Positions 13,101-27,502 of a stretch of 64,000 bases of DNA are shown here, in pieces. Source of the stretch: the human T2T-CHM13v2.0 reference genome, Homo sapiens; NCBI GenBank assembly GCA_009914755.4, contig CP068257.2, positions 26,848,001 to 26,912,000 of the forward strand, read 5' to 3'. Both the position numbers and the translations under genes were made by a program. The notes under the pieces are model-generated. The model searched no databases. It worked only from the letters and a program-made list of their open reading frames with translations, and was not told where the DNA came from. Position 1 is the stretch's first letter. Every line of letters starts with the position of its first letter.

Positions 13101-16100
13101 CTAGATGTTTTAATATCATAAAAGTATGAGTTTGATCTAAGAACAAAGGTACAGATGAAAGTGCAATGCAGTGCCCATTGTTTCCTATATATAAAGCACA
13201 CCAATTTAACCTTCAGAAATTTTCTCGACAGGAAAATTACTTAAAATAACAACTAGCTCTGTTTAATATCTCAGTTTTCACAAGTAATCTAGGTAGAATT
13301 GTTAGAAATAAATAAATTAGATAAATGTAAATGAGATAAATGTTTATAGTTTTTTATAGTATGAAATTTTAAAGTTATGTTGAATTTAATAATAGATATT
13401 CATAAAATCTGAGTAATTTCTAAATAAATAAATAAGATAATGAAACAATTGCCCAACATAGATTAAAGTTTATTTAGTTTTGGCTTTTTAAACCTCATAA
13501 AAAGACAAATATTTGGATACATTAACAAAATGTCCTGTTCCACATTAAAAGTTGTTCTATAAAATCTATTAAGATGATAGATTACGTATTCATGAGATGT
13601 TAATATATAACAGTTTTAAATTACTTACTTTTCAGTTTTTTACTAAAAATTAAGATTTCTAATAATTAAAAGTTCTAATTAATATGTTATTCTATATAAA
13701 AAACATACAAAAAATAATTTTTATATGAGAAAGAAATTTGTATAGTCTCAACGATAAAGAGAAAAAAGGTAAAATTTTGCCCAAAGGCAAAATGATTGGT
13801 TATTCCGGTATAAAAAAACAGAAAGTATAGAACAAAGACTGAGAGTTCAAGAGAATGATGGAAAATGTAAGTCGGTCATGGAGAGTTTCAGAAGGATGGG
13901 TCTCGTAAAGGGACTTTCTTACATGATGAGATTGGCTGGGTTGGAAGGGAATTGTTGATAAGTTTCTCTAAGAATTGAGCATTGGTGTCAGGCGTGCACT
14001 CATGTAGGGCCGAAGCCTGATCCTCTCTGTTTGAAACAGCAGGATTTCTTGGAATGTCAATTTTCCCGTAGTAAAGAAAAATTGCAAGAGGTTTTGGTTT
14101 TAATTTTGAAATGTTTATTTACATTTGAAACCATTATCTGAACAACAACTTTTTCTGGTTTTATACTTTCTACCTGATTTCAAGTTGGAAGTGCTGTCTT
14201 CTTTATTTAAAATTATAATTTCATGTCTCAAGGTAGCGCTTTTCTCTTAAAGCTTTTCAGATTCACATCCCCAGGTTCAGCATTTTATGGATCTCACTAC
14301 AGGTGATTTGTAGATCATGCACTCTTGCCTTCTGCTCGTCTTCCTTCTCTCTGAAAAGGTGTATCTTTTTGCTTAACAAAAGATATGACTCTCTCCCTCA
14401 ATTATTTTTGTCAGTTCCTATAGCTTTTTATTGTTGTCCTGACTCTGCTATTATGGTCTCATCCTGAGAATCTTCTTAAAAGCCTAGAAGAACAATGCTT
14501 CCTATAGTATAACTTGATTGTATACTCTTGGCTTTTCTTAATGTGTGTAAATTTTTTCTGCATAATCAGTCAATTTAACATGCTTTTACTTTTTCCTAAA
14601 GTTATGCATTCCCCTGTTTAGGTACTGGTTTTCTTGCTTATATTATTCTTCCATAATATGATATATACTCCATAACCTTGGACACATATTCTTTTCATGT
14701 CTAACTGAATTCAAACACCTTTTCAGGACGTTTGGCTTTCAGATTATTCAAACAGGCTTTCCATGATGAGAAGCAGTCATACTGCAGGATTTTTTTTTTT
14801 TTTTTTACTTTTTAAGGAATTAGCCTAAGAAACAGATATTTTGTATTTTAAGGTAGTATCTTATGCTTCGTGCTGTCTTTATTAGGTTTTTGGCTACTTG
14901 AGAAAATTAAGTCATCTCTAACACTGGTTTAAGTTTTCTTTTCTCTCTCAATTATGCCATTTATTGTTTTTGCTTTTGAAGTCTTTTAATTATCACTCAT
15001 TAAATAAAATAACTATTATCTCTCAATGAAATTTGCTTATATTTTAATTAAATGTTTTAAGCCTTTTAACATCTTTGACAAACTTTCCCAAAATGAAATT
15101 CTAATTTGTCTTTTTAATCTAAAATTGACTTTGGAATTCACAGTTGGACCACTGGAAAGATTAAAAGGATGTATCTCTCATTAGGCTTATTAGATATGGT
15201 GGTTTGTATTAAAAGCATTATCAAATAAAAAAAGCAATACTAAATATTATTTAAATTATATTTATATGGCTATGTTATTGATGTGAAAGTACTAAAGATT
15301 ATATAAAATTTATAAAGGTCTACTGGTCCTGTTTTGATGTATCACTCATGATTCTGGTTGTTGTCTTAAAATTTTGTATGCAATAGAAGCTCCTGAATTT
15401 TCCTGTTTATTGCAGAATTCTCATTATATTGTAACTATGGCTTTACTAAGAAAAATCATCTATAGTGGTGATTCATTTCTAAAGGCAATTGCAATCAGAT
15501 TCATAAAAAAGTCTCTAACAAGTACTCATAAATATGTTTCTAATAACTTTAAGAAAAGTGGACTAAATAAAAATTTCCAAAACTAATAAAAAAAGATGGA
15601 TTAATAAAAGAAATCAAGATCAAGCAAAACAAAAATTACTTACATGAGAATATATAACTGATAAAAAATTATGAATTGTGTGACTTTTGTTTGAAACATT
15701 GTTGATTCTTTACTTAAATGTTTTGTTTTCCAGATTTAAGAAAGCTTTCTTGAGCTACCTATAATTTACAGTAATCTGGTATGCTTTTATGAACAAAAGT
15801 GAAAGCATTTACTTTTGCTTCCTACTGATCCCTCCAAAATTTGAAAACTTTTTGTATTTTTTAATTTTATGACAATATATTTACATAAGTTCAATAAAAA
15901 TACGTTTTTTACAATAGGATGTAACTAGAATGTTAATTATATTACCAAGGCTTAAGATATTATACTTTAAAATGTTGATATATACTACAGATAAAATCTG
16001 AAGCCTGCCTTGATTTGGTTTCCCAGCCTCAACATTTTGTTAAAGAGATCCAGTCTGAGCTTCAGTCATTGTTCTTGCTATACTTACATAAATACTTAGG

Positions 16101-16660
16101 TCAAACCAGACAAAGCTAAATCTATTTTACAAACAAATTTATTTTCCTCTAATTATGTTCAGTAAAAATTGAAATGTCTATAACAACTCTGTTATTGTAC
16201 TGTAGCCCTGTACATTGTTTTCAAGTTTTTATTATCAACCTGTAGACTGGACTGAATCTTAAATTCTTCTATGTTCCTCTAATCCAATTTTCTCCTATGT
16301 GATTACTAAGAACAGAAACTGCTCTTTCTTAAGGCCCTATAAACTAAACTCAATGACTTAATACAAATTTCAAGGACAAGCTTCATGCTTGATGCATGGG
16401 CCACACAGTGAGTTCATTAAACTACCCAATGCCATAACCAGAGACATTTGACATTTGAACTGTAAAATTTCTAACTTCACGATGTAAACAATTTTTCCCG
16501 AGACCATCAGAACAAGACTCCATATTATGAGACTCTTACCCCTCTTAATGCCTACCTTTTGCACTTGACAGGATAATGCTGTAATTAAAATTTCACAATC
16601 AGTAACTGCTGTGGTTAAGTTGACAGAACTTGACATCAGAAATCCTTTAGTCCTAACAAG

Positions 16661-16887
<227 letters not shown>

Positions 16888-17489
16888 TTAGTCTACCTGG
16901 TAAGTAACTTTGGCAATATCCCTAACACCAATATTTGTTTCAGTTCACTAGTGGTCCCTTTTATAGAGTCGGCACTTTTTTCTTTAATTCAACCCAGTCA
17001 TGATATGCTGTAGCATATCATGAGGACAACAGGTTTCACCCAGCTCCCCAACGGTCTTTTGATTTGTTTAGTTGATTACTCTTAGGTTTGAGCTTTTAGT
17101 CCAAAACCATTGTACAAACTGAATATATGTACTATATTGTTGCTGATTATTTTTTGTATTATGATTTTTAAGCTCTGTTCTTGTTGCCTATCAAATATTT
17201 GTAAAGCCAGTTCTCCCAACAGAATAATGTTAGCCCAATGCTAATGTTCATGGGACTAATAAGATAGGATTTAACTCTAAATTTCAAGCAAATCTGTCCT
17301 AAGAGGTTTTTTTAACCTTTCTGATCTCTTTGTTGCTCAAATGTGGTCTCTGTCCTTGATATTGATTCTCTTAGTTTCCCCCAATACGGGACCAGAGATC
17401 ACCAAATCCATCCTGTTACCAAGAGACAAGTGAGCCTAACTTCAGGCTAGTTGTCCAGTGATGCTTTCAGAGAAAGATCTTGATCAAGA

Positions 17490-17990
17490 GAGAGAAATGT
17501 GAAAATTGACTATATAAATTAAGATTATCTTTCCATACCCTACTCAATTAGAGTCAAGAGTACAGAGGGAAAAAGCACTTGGGGACCAAAGCACCTGCCC
17601 AAGGATTATTTCAAAAACCAGCTGCTGAAATGAATTGCTACAACATTAAGACCAGTTTCACCTAGTAGCTGCTGAAATAAACTACCATGACTCTAAGACT
17701 AGTGTAACCTACCACCATCACTCACAAATTACAGCTTGCCAGCTCCCCAAAACTTCACTAGTGCCAATGAGTGCCACTGAGTTTTCTTTCAAAACAATAT
17801 GTAACATTTCTTTTTCTACTAACATTAAAACTCCCCAAATTCTCATTTTAATTTAGGCATACTGAAGACCACCTTGATCTCTGTAAATGCCCCAAATTGC
17901 AATTCTGTTTTCCTAAGTAAATGTTTTGTTTAAAAATTTGTCTCTATATTTTTATTTGATTTTGAAACCATTAATATTACTGATTAAAGT
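17490..17990 (+). mobile_element. Unclassified LTR-like interspersed repeat, copy B, uninterrupted
   Basis: Homologous to copy A (9893-10665). Begins tgtgaaaattgactatataaattaagattatctttccataccctact and ends ...tttatttgattttgaaacca. A purine tract aagagagagaaa lies immediately upstream. Confidence 0.5.
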
Positions 17991-18039
17991 CAGATACTTG
18001 GCTTCAAGCTCATAAGACATACTTTTTTTAGGAATATAT

Positions 18040-18260
18040 TTGTATGCATTTGATTCATAACATGTCTATATATTGGAAAGTACATATATAACAATATAAG
18101 CATAAATATACATAAATAAACAAATATAATATACATAAATAGTATGTATAATAGTATATAAAATGAAAAAATCTTTTTCAAAATATAAAATACATAAAAT
18201 AGGTATGTAAAATATATAAATATATAAAATGTATTTTTAAATTTCTGAAGATTAAATTAC
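18040..18260. repeat. AT-rich low-complexity / cryptic (TA/ATAA)-rich region
   Basis: atatataacaatataagcataaatatacataaataaacaaatataatatacataaatagtatgtataat... Confidence 0.7.
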
Positions 18261-18574
18261 TACCCCCATATAGGTATGGTATAAAAATTATTTTTGAGAC
18301 ATATACAGCTCTATCTCCATTGAGCCATATTATTGTAAGGTAATAGAGGGAAGATTTAACTCATTTTATTTAAACATGCTCCAAAGCAATTTTTATTTCC
18401 ACTATAACAACTGACAGTGTTGAGTCAAGTGAGAGCTGGGGAAGAAAACAGCCTAGGATGAGCATGCCTTCATGTCCCAGCTACTAAACAGAGTTCAGGC
18501 CCAGCAGAGCTTCATTTGTAAAAAGTTCTGCCTACAGCCAGGACAGACGCAGTGAGAGGAGTGGTCTCCAACTG

Positions 18575-19110
18575 ATTTCTATATTTAGTATGGTAGGTTA
18601 AATAATGGCTCCCTCAAAGATATCCAAATCCTAATCTTTGGAATCTGTAGGCATGTTACTTTACATGGCAAAAGATTCCTTGCAGATGTGACTAAATTAA
18701 GGATATTGAGATGGAAAATTATTGTAATAACCCAGGTTGGCCCAATGTAATCACAGGGGTCCTTATAAGAGGGAAGCAGGTGGATCAAATTCATCAGTGG
18801 GAGATATGACAAGGAAAGCAGAGGTCAGAGTGGGAGAGAGATTTGAAGATGTTACACTGTGCATCTCAAAAATGGAGAAAGGTGCCAAAGCCAAGATAAT
18901 GCAGGTGATCTCTAGGAGCTAAAAACATTAAAGAAACAAATTCTCTCTACAGTCTCCAAAACAAACAATTCCTCTAGCTCCTTCACTTTAGAACTGTAAG
19001 GCTGACTTTTTACTCTTGACCTCCAAAATTATATGATAACAAATTCATGTTGTTTAAACCACTAAGTTTGTACTAATTTGTTACAGCAGCAATTGGAATA
19101 TAATACACTT
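18575..19110 (+). mobile_element. MLT1-type MaLR solo LTR
   Basis: ggctccctcaaagatatccaaatcctaatc...gcagatgtgactaaattaaggatattgagatgg...aatcacaggggtccttataagagggaagcaggtggatc...ctttagaactgtaaggc...aaattcatgttgtttaaaccactaagtttgtactaatttgttacagcagc, the characteristic MLT1 blocks. Confidence 0.72.
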
Positions 19111-19796
19111 AGATTGTGATAGAATATTCTTCATAGGTAAGCACTCTCCCATCCCCCACCTCCTTATGCAAGATGTACTCTCTGCCCCTTGACATTGGAT
19201 TTTGTCACATGACTTTTTGACCAAAAGGATATTACTGAACGTAGTAGATGTAATGTGACTATATTAAGCTGTTCTTGCATTGCTATCAATAGATATCAGA
19301 GACTGGGTAATTTATAAAGAAAAGAGGTTTAATTGGCTTATGGTTCTGCAGGCTTTACAAGAAGTGCGGTACTGGCATCTGCTTGGCTTCTAGGGAGGTC
19401 TGAGGTAGCTTACATCATGGCAGAAGGCAAAGGGAATGCAGGCACATCACATGATAAGAGCATGAGAGTGAGAGAGTGCATTGTAGGTGAGGAGGTACCA
19501 CACGCTTTTAAACGACCAGACCTCATGAGAATGCACATCATGAAGACAGCACCACGCCATGAGGGATCCACCCCCAAGATCCAAACACCTCCCACCAGGC
19601 CCCACCTTCAGCACTGGGGATTACAATTCAACATGAGGTTGTGGGGAGTGGGGCAAATGTCCAAACCATATCATTCTGTCCCAGCCCCTCCCAAATCTCA
19701 TGTCTTTCTGACATTGCAAAATATAATCATACCTTCCCAACACTTCCCCACATTTTAAACTCATTCCAGCATTAACTCAAAAGTCCAAAGTCCAAA

Positions 19797-20080
19797 GCTG
19801 GGTGCTGTGGCTCTCGTCTATAATCCCAGCACTTTGAGAGGCCGAGGTAAGCAGATCACCTGAGGTCAGGAGTTTGAGACCAGCCTGGCCAACATGGGGA
19901 AACCCCATCTCTACTAAAGCTACGAAAATCAGCCAGGCGTGATGGCATGTGCCTGTAATCCCAGCTCCTTGGGAGGCTGATAGAGGAGAATCGCTTGAAC
20001 CTGGGAGATGGAGGTTGCAGTGAGCCAAGACCACACCATTGTGATGAGAGTGAAACTCCATATCAAAAAAAAAAAAAAAA
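19797..20080 (+). mobile_element. Alu SINE nested in the MaLR internal region
   Basis: gctgggtgctgtggctctcgtctataatcccagcactttgagaggccgaggtaagcagatcacctgaggtcaggagtttgagaccagcctggccaacatgg... then (a)16. ORF 19777..20109(-) is Alu-derived. Confidence 0.92.
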
Positions 20081-21249
20081 TCCAAAACCCAAAGCATCAT
20101 CTGAGACAAAGCAAGTCCCTTTCACCTATGAGCCCATAATAACCAAAACAAATTAGCTACTTCCAAGATACAATGGGGATGTAGGCATTGGGTAAATGTT
20201 CTCATTCCAAAAGGGGGAAATCAGCCAAAAGAAAGTGGCTGCAAACCCCATGCAAGTTTGAAACCCAGCAGGTTACTCATTAAATTTTGAAGCTCCAAAA
20301 GAATCTCTTTAGGCTCCATGTCCCACATCCAGGGCACATTGGTGTAAGGGACGGGCTCCCAAAGCCTTAAGCAGTTCTGTCCCTGTGGCCTTGCAGGGTT
20401 AGCCCCCAAGGCTGCTCTCATAGGCTGGAGTTGTGTGCCTGTGGCTTTTCCAGGTGCAGGGTGCAAGCTGCTGGTCTATATAACATTCTCTGGTCTGCAA
20501 GATCATGGCCCATTTCTCACAGCTTCACTAGGCAGTGCCCTAGTGGGAACTCTGTGTGGAGCCTCCAACTCCATATGTTCTTTCCACACTGCCCTGGTAG
20601 AGGGTCTATGTGAGGCCTTTTCCCCTGCAACGGGCTTCTGCCTGGATGCCAGGTTTTTCTATATATCCTCTGAAATCTAGGTAGAGGCCTTCAAGCCTTC
20701 TTCATTTTTGTATTCTGTGCACCTGCAGGCTTAACACCACATTGAAGCAGCTTATGGCTTGCATTCACCCAAGTGGCCAACTTGAGCTATACCTGGGCCC
20801 CTTTGAGCCAAGGCTGGAGCTGGAGCAGCCTGGAGGTGGGGGCCAGTGTCCCAATACTACACAGGGCAGTGGGACCCTGGGCCAGGCCCAGAAAACCATT
20901 CTTCCCTCCTACATCTCAGGGCCTGTGATGGAAGGGGCTGCCAAAAGGTCTCCAAAATGCCTTCAAGGCCTTTTTTCCCGTTGTCTGTGATATTAACATT
21001 TGGCTCCCTCTTAATTATGCAAATATCTCCAGTAAGTAGTTGCTCCACAGCTTGCTTGAATTCCTCTCCCAAAAAATCTTTTTCTTTCTCTGCCTCATGG
21101 CCAGAGTGCAAATGTTCCTAACTTTTATGTTCTGCTTCCCTTTTAAATTTAGGTTCCAACTTGAAAGTCATTTCTTTGCTTCTGCAATTGAGCATAGGCT
21201 GTTTGAAGCAGCCAGGCCACAACATCTTGAACACTTTGCTGCTTAGGAT

Positions 21250-21270
21250 TTTTTTTTTTTTTTTTTTTTT
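21250..21270. repeat. Poly-T homopolymer (~21 nt) inside the MaLR internal region
   Basis: ggatttttttttttttttttttttgccag. Confidence 0.8.
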
Positions 21271-24200
21271 GCCAGATACCCTGAATCATCACTATGAAGT
21301 TTAAACTTCCACAGATCCCTAGTGCATGAACAGAATGCAGCCAAGCTCTTTGCTAAGGCATAACACACATGACCTTTGCTCCAGTACCCAGTAAGTTCCT
21401 CATTTCCATCTCATACCTTGTCACCTGGACTTCACTGTTCATATCACTATTAGTATTTTTATTATGACCATTTAACCACTTTCTTAGAAGTTCCCAACTT
21501 TCTCTCATCTTCCTGTCTTCTTCTGAGCCCTCCAAACTCTTCTAACCTCTGCCTGTTACCCAGTTCCAAAGCTGCTTCCATATCTTTATAGCAATGCCAA
21601 CTCCTCAGTACTGGTTTTTCTGTATTAGACCATTCTTGCATTGCTATAAAAGAAATACCTGAGACTGAGAAATTTATAGAGAAAAGAGGTTTAACTGGCT
21701 TATGATTCTGCAGGCTTTAAAGGAAGCATGGTGCTGGCATCTCCTCAGCTTCTAAGGGAAGTGTCAGGAAGCTTACAATCACGGCAGAAGGCAAAGGGGG
21801 AGCAGGCACGTCATATGGCAAAAGTAGGAGTGAGAGAGAGAAAGAGATTGGGTGGGGGAGAGGTGCCACATATTTTTAAATGACCAGATCTCATGAAAAT
21901 TTACTATCACAAAGACAGCACTAAGCCACGAGGCATCCACCCCATGATCTAAACACCTCCCAACCAGGCCACACCTCCAGCACTGGGGATTACAATTCCA
22001 CATAAGACTTGGTAAGGAACAAATATCCAAACTATCTCAATGAGCAAAGTTTAATGAGCGATTAGGCTTGCCCCACCCTTGTCATCATTGTGAGAAGAGC
22101 TGTCCCTGGTTAGCTGCTGCTCCTTCAGCCAGCCCCAGAAGAAATAGGCACACAATAGAAATGCCCCCACAAAAAACTCTCAGTTTACCCAAATCTGAAG
22201 CTGAGCTCTCTGCCAAGCCCAGCCAAAAACAGCTAACCCCAGACAACCCATACATCTTTAAAACTGATGAGTTTTGTTTTAAACCACAGCATTTTGGCAG
22301 CACTAATAGTTGAAGGGTGCACAGATCATCCTTCAACATAGGAAGTGATCAGTGTAAAGTCTACATTCTTCTCCCCTTTCTCCAATCAACTAAGACTGAG
22401 CACAGGACTCCCAGATGTCTAATGGAAATACTCTTACTGAATGCATAGTCCTAATGGAAGCAAAAATAGGCACTGTGCTCCCTGAAGAGGGCTGCAATCT
22501 CCACAGGAGCATGGTCATGAAGATGTAAAACTCATCTTTCCTCAGACTATGGTCACCTTATGGCTAGGCTACCTGATAACCTTGTACCCTTATTCTCAGC
22601 CTTTTGGAAAACAATTTTGTAAAAAAAATAAATAAATAAGGACATTTCTATTCCTGAAGCTGAGTTATCAAAGAAGCTTAAAGTAGTAACTTACATTTAA
22701 ATATAGCATTCTTAACTTTCTCCAGAGTTCTTCTCAATCACAATAAAGAAATGTATACATACATAAGGCATAAAACATCTACAAAATGTTATTTCAGGAT
22801 ATCTACTTGCATTACATTTCACATAGGTTATCTCATTTTATCCTCACCCCCATTTGTCTGGTGTTATCTTCCTAACATATTATGGATGAAAAAAGGTAGC
22901 TTTAGGAGTTTGTGGGCCCTTCCATTTTCGCAGTAACCGATGTGTTTTGCTACCTCAGGGTCTCCGTATTGCTTTCTACTGTATGGAAACTGAGACCCAG
23001 AGGTTTAGAGTCTTCTTATAGTCACGCAGTTGGTCGGGGTGGTAGAGATGGGTTTCCTAACACACAGGCTGCAATTCTTTATTCTTTGGACTACCTTATT
23101 TGTGCTTAATCCCCACAGTAAAGAGCAAAAGGAAAATATCTTGACAATCACAGCTGCCTTTGGCATTTGACAGTAAATCACATTTATCAGCTACCATTAT
23201 TCCAGAGTAATGAGATAAAGTGTGACATTCTTTTTAGATAACACAAAAAGTTCTTACATCTAAATTTTTTCAATCTCTGTCACTGATTTCTCAGAACACT
23301 GTCACCCTCTTCTGTGGTCACATAAAACTCATTTGGAACACATAATGTTTCTATTGACTTGCCTTTTTTTTCTATTTTCACTGTTCAGGGTAAAAATAAA
23401 GCTTTTGGGGGCTCAAAAATGTTTTTCACTGTTTTTATGGCAATGGTTTTTAGAGACAGAAATGATAGCAGTTTCCATATTCACATTGCCCAATAAACGT
23501 GTCGTCAAACGTTCTCAGAGAACTCTCATTAATCAAAATTAGTTATTTCTTCCATGCAAATGAGGAGGCCTTGAAATGATTTAAGCTGTGCTTGCAGTGA
23601 ATGCAATGTCAAAGTGAAAATGCTATTACATGTTTTCAGGGAATTGAAGATATCCCTCAATAATTTCTGGGTATGGATAACACTAGGAGATCTCTCTTCC
23701 CTGAAAATGGAAGACAAAGAGAAGGCATCTCACGTTTGAAGCAAAAACAGAAAAAGAAGGAAAAAAAAGCAACATCTTTAAAACAGACTTCAGAAAATAC
23801 ATAAATTAGATTTCACAGTTTATCTTGTGCTTATTTGAATCTGGTAGATATTGTCTTGAACATTCTATTGAAATCAGGAGATAATAAACAATGGAGAAAA
23901 TCAAAATGAAAGGTTAAGTCCTTGCATGTGTATGGATATGTGTCCCTGTGTGTGTTTTCTTCAAATGGGCAAACCAGCTTGTAGTTTCTTTCATCTGAAA
24001 CCTGCTTTGGCCCAGGCTGGCCCTTACAGAACTCCGGATAAACTACTTAGGTGGGATTTCTGGATTGGTTGCTGGAAATGTGATCTCAGTCTGCCCCTGA
24101 TTTCCTGTGTAATCTTGAGACCTTAATCTCTGCACCCTGTTTCCTCATCAGTAACTCTATTCAAACGCATGTGGTTGGGGGAAGGGTCACAAGAAGGCCA

Positions 24201-27200
24201 AGAGGCCAAAGAGGGAAATACAGGGATAATTTCTTTTAAGCATCGTAATGTAGATAGCCTGAATATCTCATCAAGTCTGAATGGGCCACACAGTTCTGCC
24301 AGGAGAATTCATTCTTAAAAGCAAGAAAGAGAAAATATTTTGTAGGTACATCTATCTGTATATCCAAAATCATTTGTAGTTCTCTAAAGTTAGGCTCTGA
24401 GTAAGAAATAGAACTCAGAGTGAATAGTATATGTTTCTACATATCTGTGATCCTCTCATCAATTAAGACCACAAAACAATCAGCTTGTAAGCAGAGAAAC
24501 AAGAGTGAGAATATTATTTAAATTGTGTTAGCTTTCTTAATGTTACTATGATACAGTGGTTTTCTACCCTGACTGTGCATTAGAATCTTATCTATATCTT
24601 TTAAAAAACGTAAATGTGTAAGCTCCACACCTGAACAACTGAATCAGAATTTCTGGGCGTACTATTAAATCTCTACAGGTAATTCTGATAAGCAGCCAAA
24701 GTTGGAAAATATTTAGGCCTGAGTGATTTCTGTTTGTTTCAGAATGTAAAACAAACAAACAAACAATCTAATCACTGACTACTGTTTTTCTTGTTCACTT
24801 TTAAAACATTAAGTAGACATAGTCTGAATTGACCACTTGAGTTTCTGCCAAATTTCACAGCAGACATATTCTTGCCTGACATGGTCAAAAAAGTTATTTT
24901 ATGATTCAAATCCCTTCCACCCCATCAGACGGATAGTAGAATGAACATTAACCCTGAAAACATCTTCCTCTGAGTCAAGGTTTCTCGCCATTGGCAGTAT
25001 TGACATTTTGGGTTGGATAATTCTTTACTGTAGGGTCTGTCCTGTGCATAATAGGATAGGTAGCATCCCTGCCCTCTACCCACACAATGTGAGTAGCATA
25101 CCTCCTATCCCCAGTTGTGACGACTAAAAATGTCTCCCATCGTGGCTGACTGCCCCATGGAGGGCAAAATCAAGGGCAAAATGAGCTCCCATTGAGAACC
25201 ATTACTCTGCCTGAAAAGAAGAATCATACAGCAATTGAATTACATGAAATATTTTTCACGTGTCAAGCTTTCCTTGATTTGGGTCGCCCAGGTCACTGAG
25301 GGGACCATTCTAATGAACTAGCGTAGCATAAATGGAAGGGAGCTCTCCCTGTGGCCATCTTGTTGTACCCTCCAGTTGGCCATCCCCACTTTTACTGTCT
25401 CTACCACCATATTACAACTCCATTCCATCATCTCTAGGGCAATGACAGAGCTGCTGAAATGGCCCTGCTTCCCCCAGATCAGGTTCATCTCAGGGAATTA
25501 ACAGGTGGAGGCTCTCAGCCTCCAGCATCATTAACCTGATCTTGACTCAGAGGTTAAGTGGACCTGGAAAGAAAGTAAATTGTCTTTCCTCTAAGGAAAT
25601 TTATGTTTAATTGTTCATCATTGTGTTTTGTCATTTACCATATTCTTCCCCCAAACATTCAGTAACAGCAAGAGATTTCTTTTTTGAAATCCAAGACAGA
25701 TAGAGGCTGAAACAATGAAGCTACTGAAAGTGCAGTATACCTTTTACAAATCTATAACACAGTCAAATATCTTGAAAGCCAGGATGACACATAAACCCCT
25801 CCTGGGACCCAAATCACTGCCAAGAGATAGAAGACAAATGGAAAAGAGATAATTTGAACAATAATATTTAAACACAAAATTGATAAATGTAAATGCAGAG
25901 TGATTATGTTAACTTTAATTGGAAAATCAAATTTTTCTTAGCAGAAAGGAGGCTGGAATACTTAAACTGGGATATAGAGAAGTTATATTTAAAATTATGC
26001 TTGCAGGTGTAGCTGCTGTAAATGTTTAATGACAACCCCCTACACCATTTTTACCATGGACAGAGGACTCTGAGCTCCCCAAATGAGCCAACCACATTTT
26101 CGTTTCCCTTCACTGGATAAGCAAACTGGATTCTGTGACAATTTTTTCCTTTTTTTTTAGTTTTGTCCTCACGATCAGTAATACCATGAAAACATTTAAG
26201 TTCACAAAGTGATTTCTTATACATTATCTTAATGATTATCTCCATTTTACAAAAAAGAATCAAAGGTGAAATAATTTGGTCAAAGTTAATAAATGACAGT
26301 CCTCATACTAACATGCAGATTTGTTGATTCCAGAATATAATGGGTACCTTACATTGCAGCCTGGTAGCTTAGTAGTTCAAATTGCCTTTTGGTTGACAAG
26401 AATTAGTTTTATGAATGTCTTATTTTATATAATAATTGAAGTGGAAGACCACATCTCAATGTTTGTTTATTGCTCTGTTTGGTATATAATAGAGCAATAT
26501 TGCAAGAGGCACAAATGGAAGTTAGATACTTAGGATGTCATTTTCCTTTGTGTAGACACCAGTTTCTCTTGTCATATTCCTGGTATGACCTCCTTTGCAT
26601 TTTGTGTATTTTTAATACTGTGAAATGCTCTCTGAAATAAGCCTCATCTTGTACAGAAAGTCTGTATGTTGGAATGGGAAATTGTTTGCCTTAGAATCCA
26701 AGTACTGACTGGGCAGCTTCCTTTATCTCTTCCTCTAAAAGTCAATGTATAATGGAATCATTACCACTCATGCTTAGATGTGAACAGCGTGTTCAATTTA
26801 ATATTCCATTCTAGTAAATACAGTGAATACCTGTTATTCCTCTTCCTGTCCACACCCTTCCCAAGGACCCATAAAAACGGGAGGGGACAGGTGGGGTTTT
26901 CCCTTTTCATAAATCAAGTTTCCTGGAGTTTTCTATTGTTTCAACTGGGATTGGTCTATTAATAAGCAATTAATATCCTGAAACTATCATCCCTTTATGG
27001 AAATTTCCATATTCTTTCTGATAAATAGAAATAGTTTTCCAAATGTATTAAAGGGAAGCAGGAACATCCCTACCCACTTGTCCTTGTACAGGAACATCTA
27101 GGTCATAATCTCTTTTAATTCTGATTTTTTAAAAAATCCATTCAATATAAATAGCAACTGCTTCATATTGGCTAAGACTAGGAAATTTCTCAGACAAAAT

Positions 27201-27480
27201 GCTATTAATTTTGCATCTTATTAACTGGATATTATTCTCATGCTTTAACTGCTGCCTGTTTGTGGAAACTTAAGTATATGTTAATTATGCTAAATATAAT
27301 AATTAGAAAAATGAACTAGCTAAATAAAATTCTCAGTAAGCTGGCTAGAAGGAATAGAGAAAAAGAGGAGCAGCCAGGAATGTGGAAGGTAGACAGTATT
27401 CTGTAAACATCTGTCTCAGTACAGAAGCGAAATCATTATAGCTATAGCTCTGGCTTCCCTTAAGCTCCAGAAGCTTGGCA

Positions 27481-27502
27481 AAAAAAAAAAAAAAAAAAAA
27501 AA
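27481..27502. repeat. Poly-A homopolymer (~22 nt), origin unassigned
   Basis: ggcaaaaaaaaaaaaaaaaaaaaaatcc. No recognisable SINE or LINE body lies upstream. Confidence 0.7.

Larger units (their letters stand above)
19270..22039 (-). mobile_element. Structurally complete MaLR (THE1/MST-class) element: LTR (19270-19673), internal region (19674-21620), LTR (21621-22039), reverse orientation, carrying a nested Alu
   Basis: Both ends share tgt(t/a)...ttgcattgcta...gactg(g/a)g(t/a)aatttata(a/g)agaaaagaggtttaa(t/c)tggcttatg(g/a)ttctgcaggcttta...ggcacatca...tttaaa(c/t)gaccagatctcatga...cctcccaccaggcc-cacct(t/c)cagcactggggattacaattc...aaactat(a/c)tca, matching reverse-complement MaLR LTR structure. 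About 1.9 kb lies between them. Confidence 0.8.

Noticed and set aside
20221-21246. A cluster of 60-90-aa ORFs on both strands inside the MaLR internal region, as a possible gag remnant.
   Set aside because: MaLR internal regions are non-coding remnants, and the ORFs are short, overlapping and on both strands. No retroviral motifs are visible, such as a CCHC zinc knuckle, a protease DTG/DSG or an RT YXDD.
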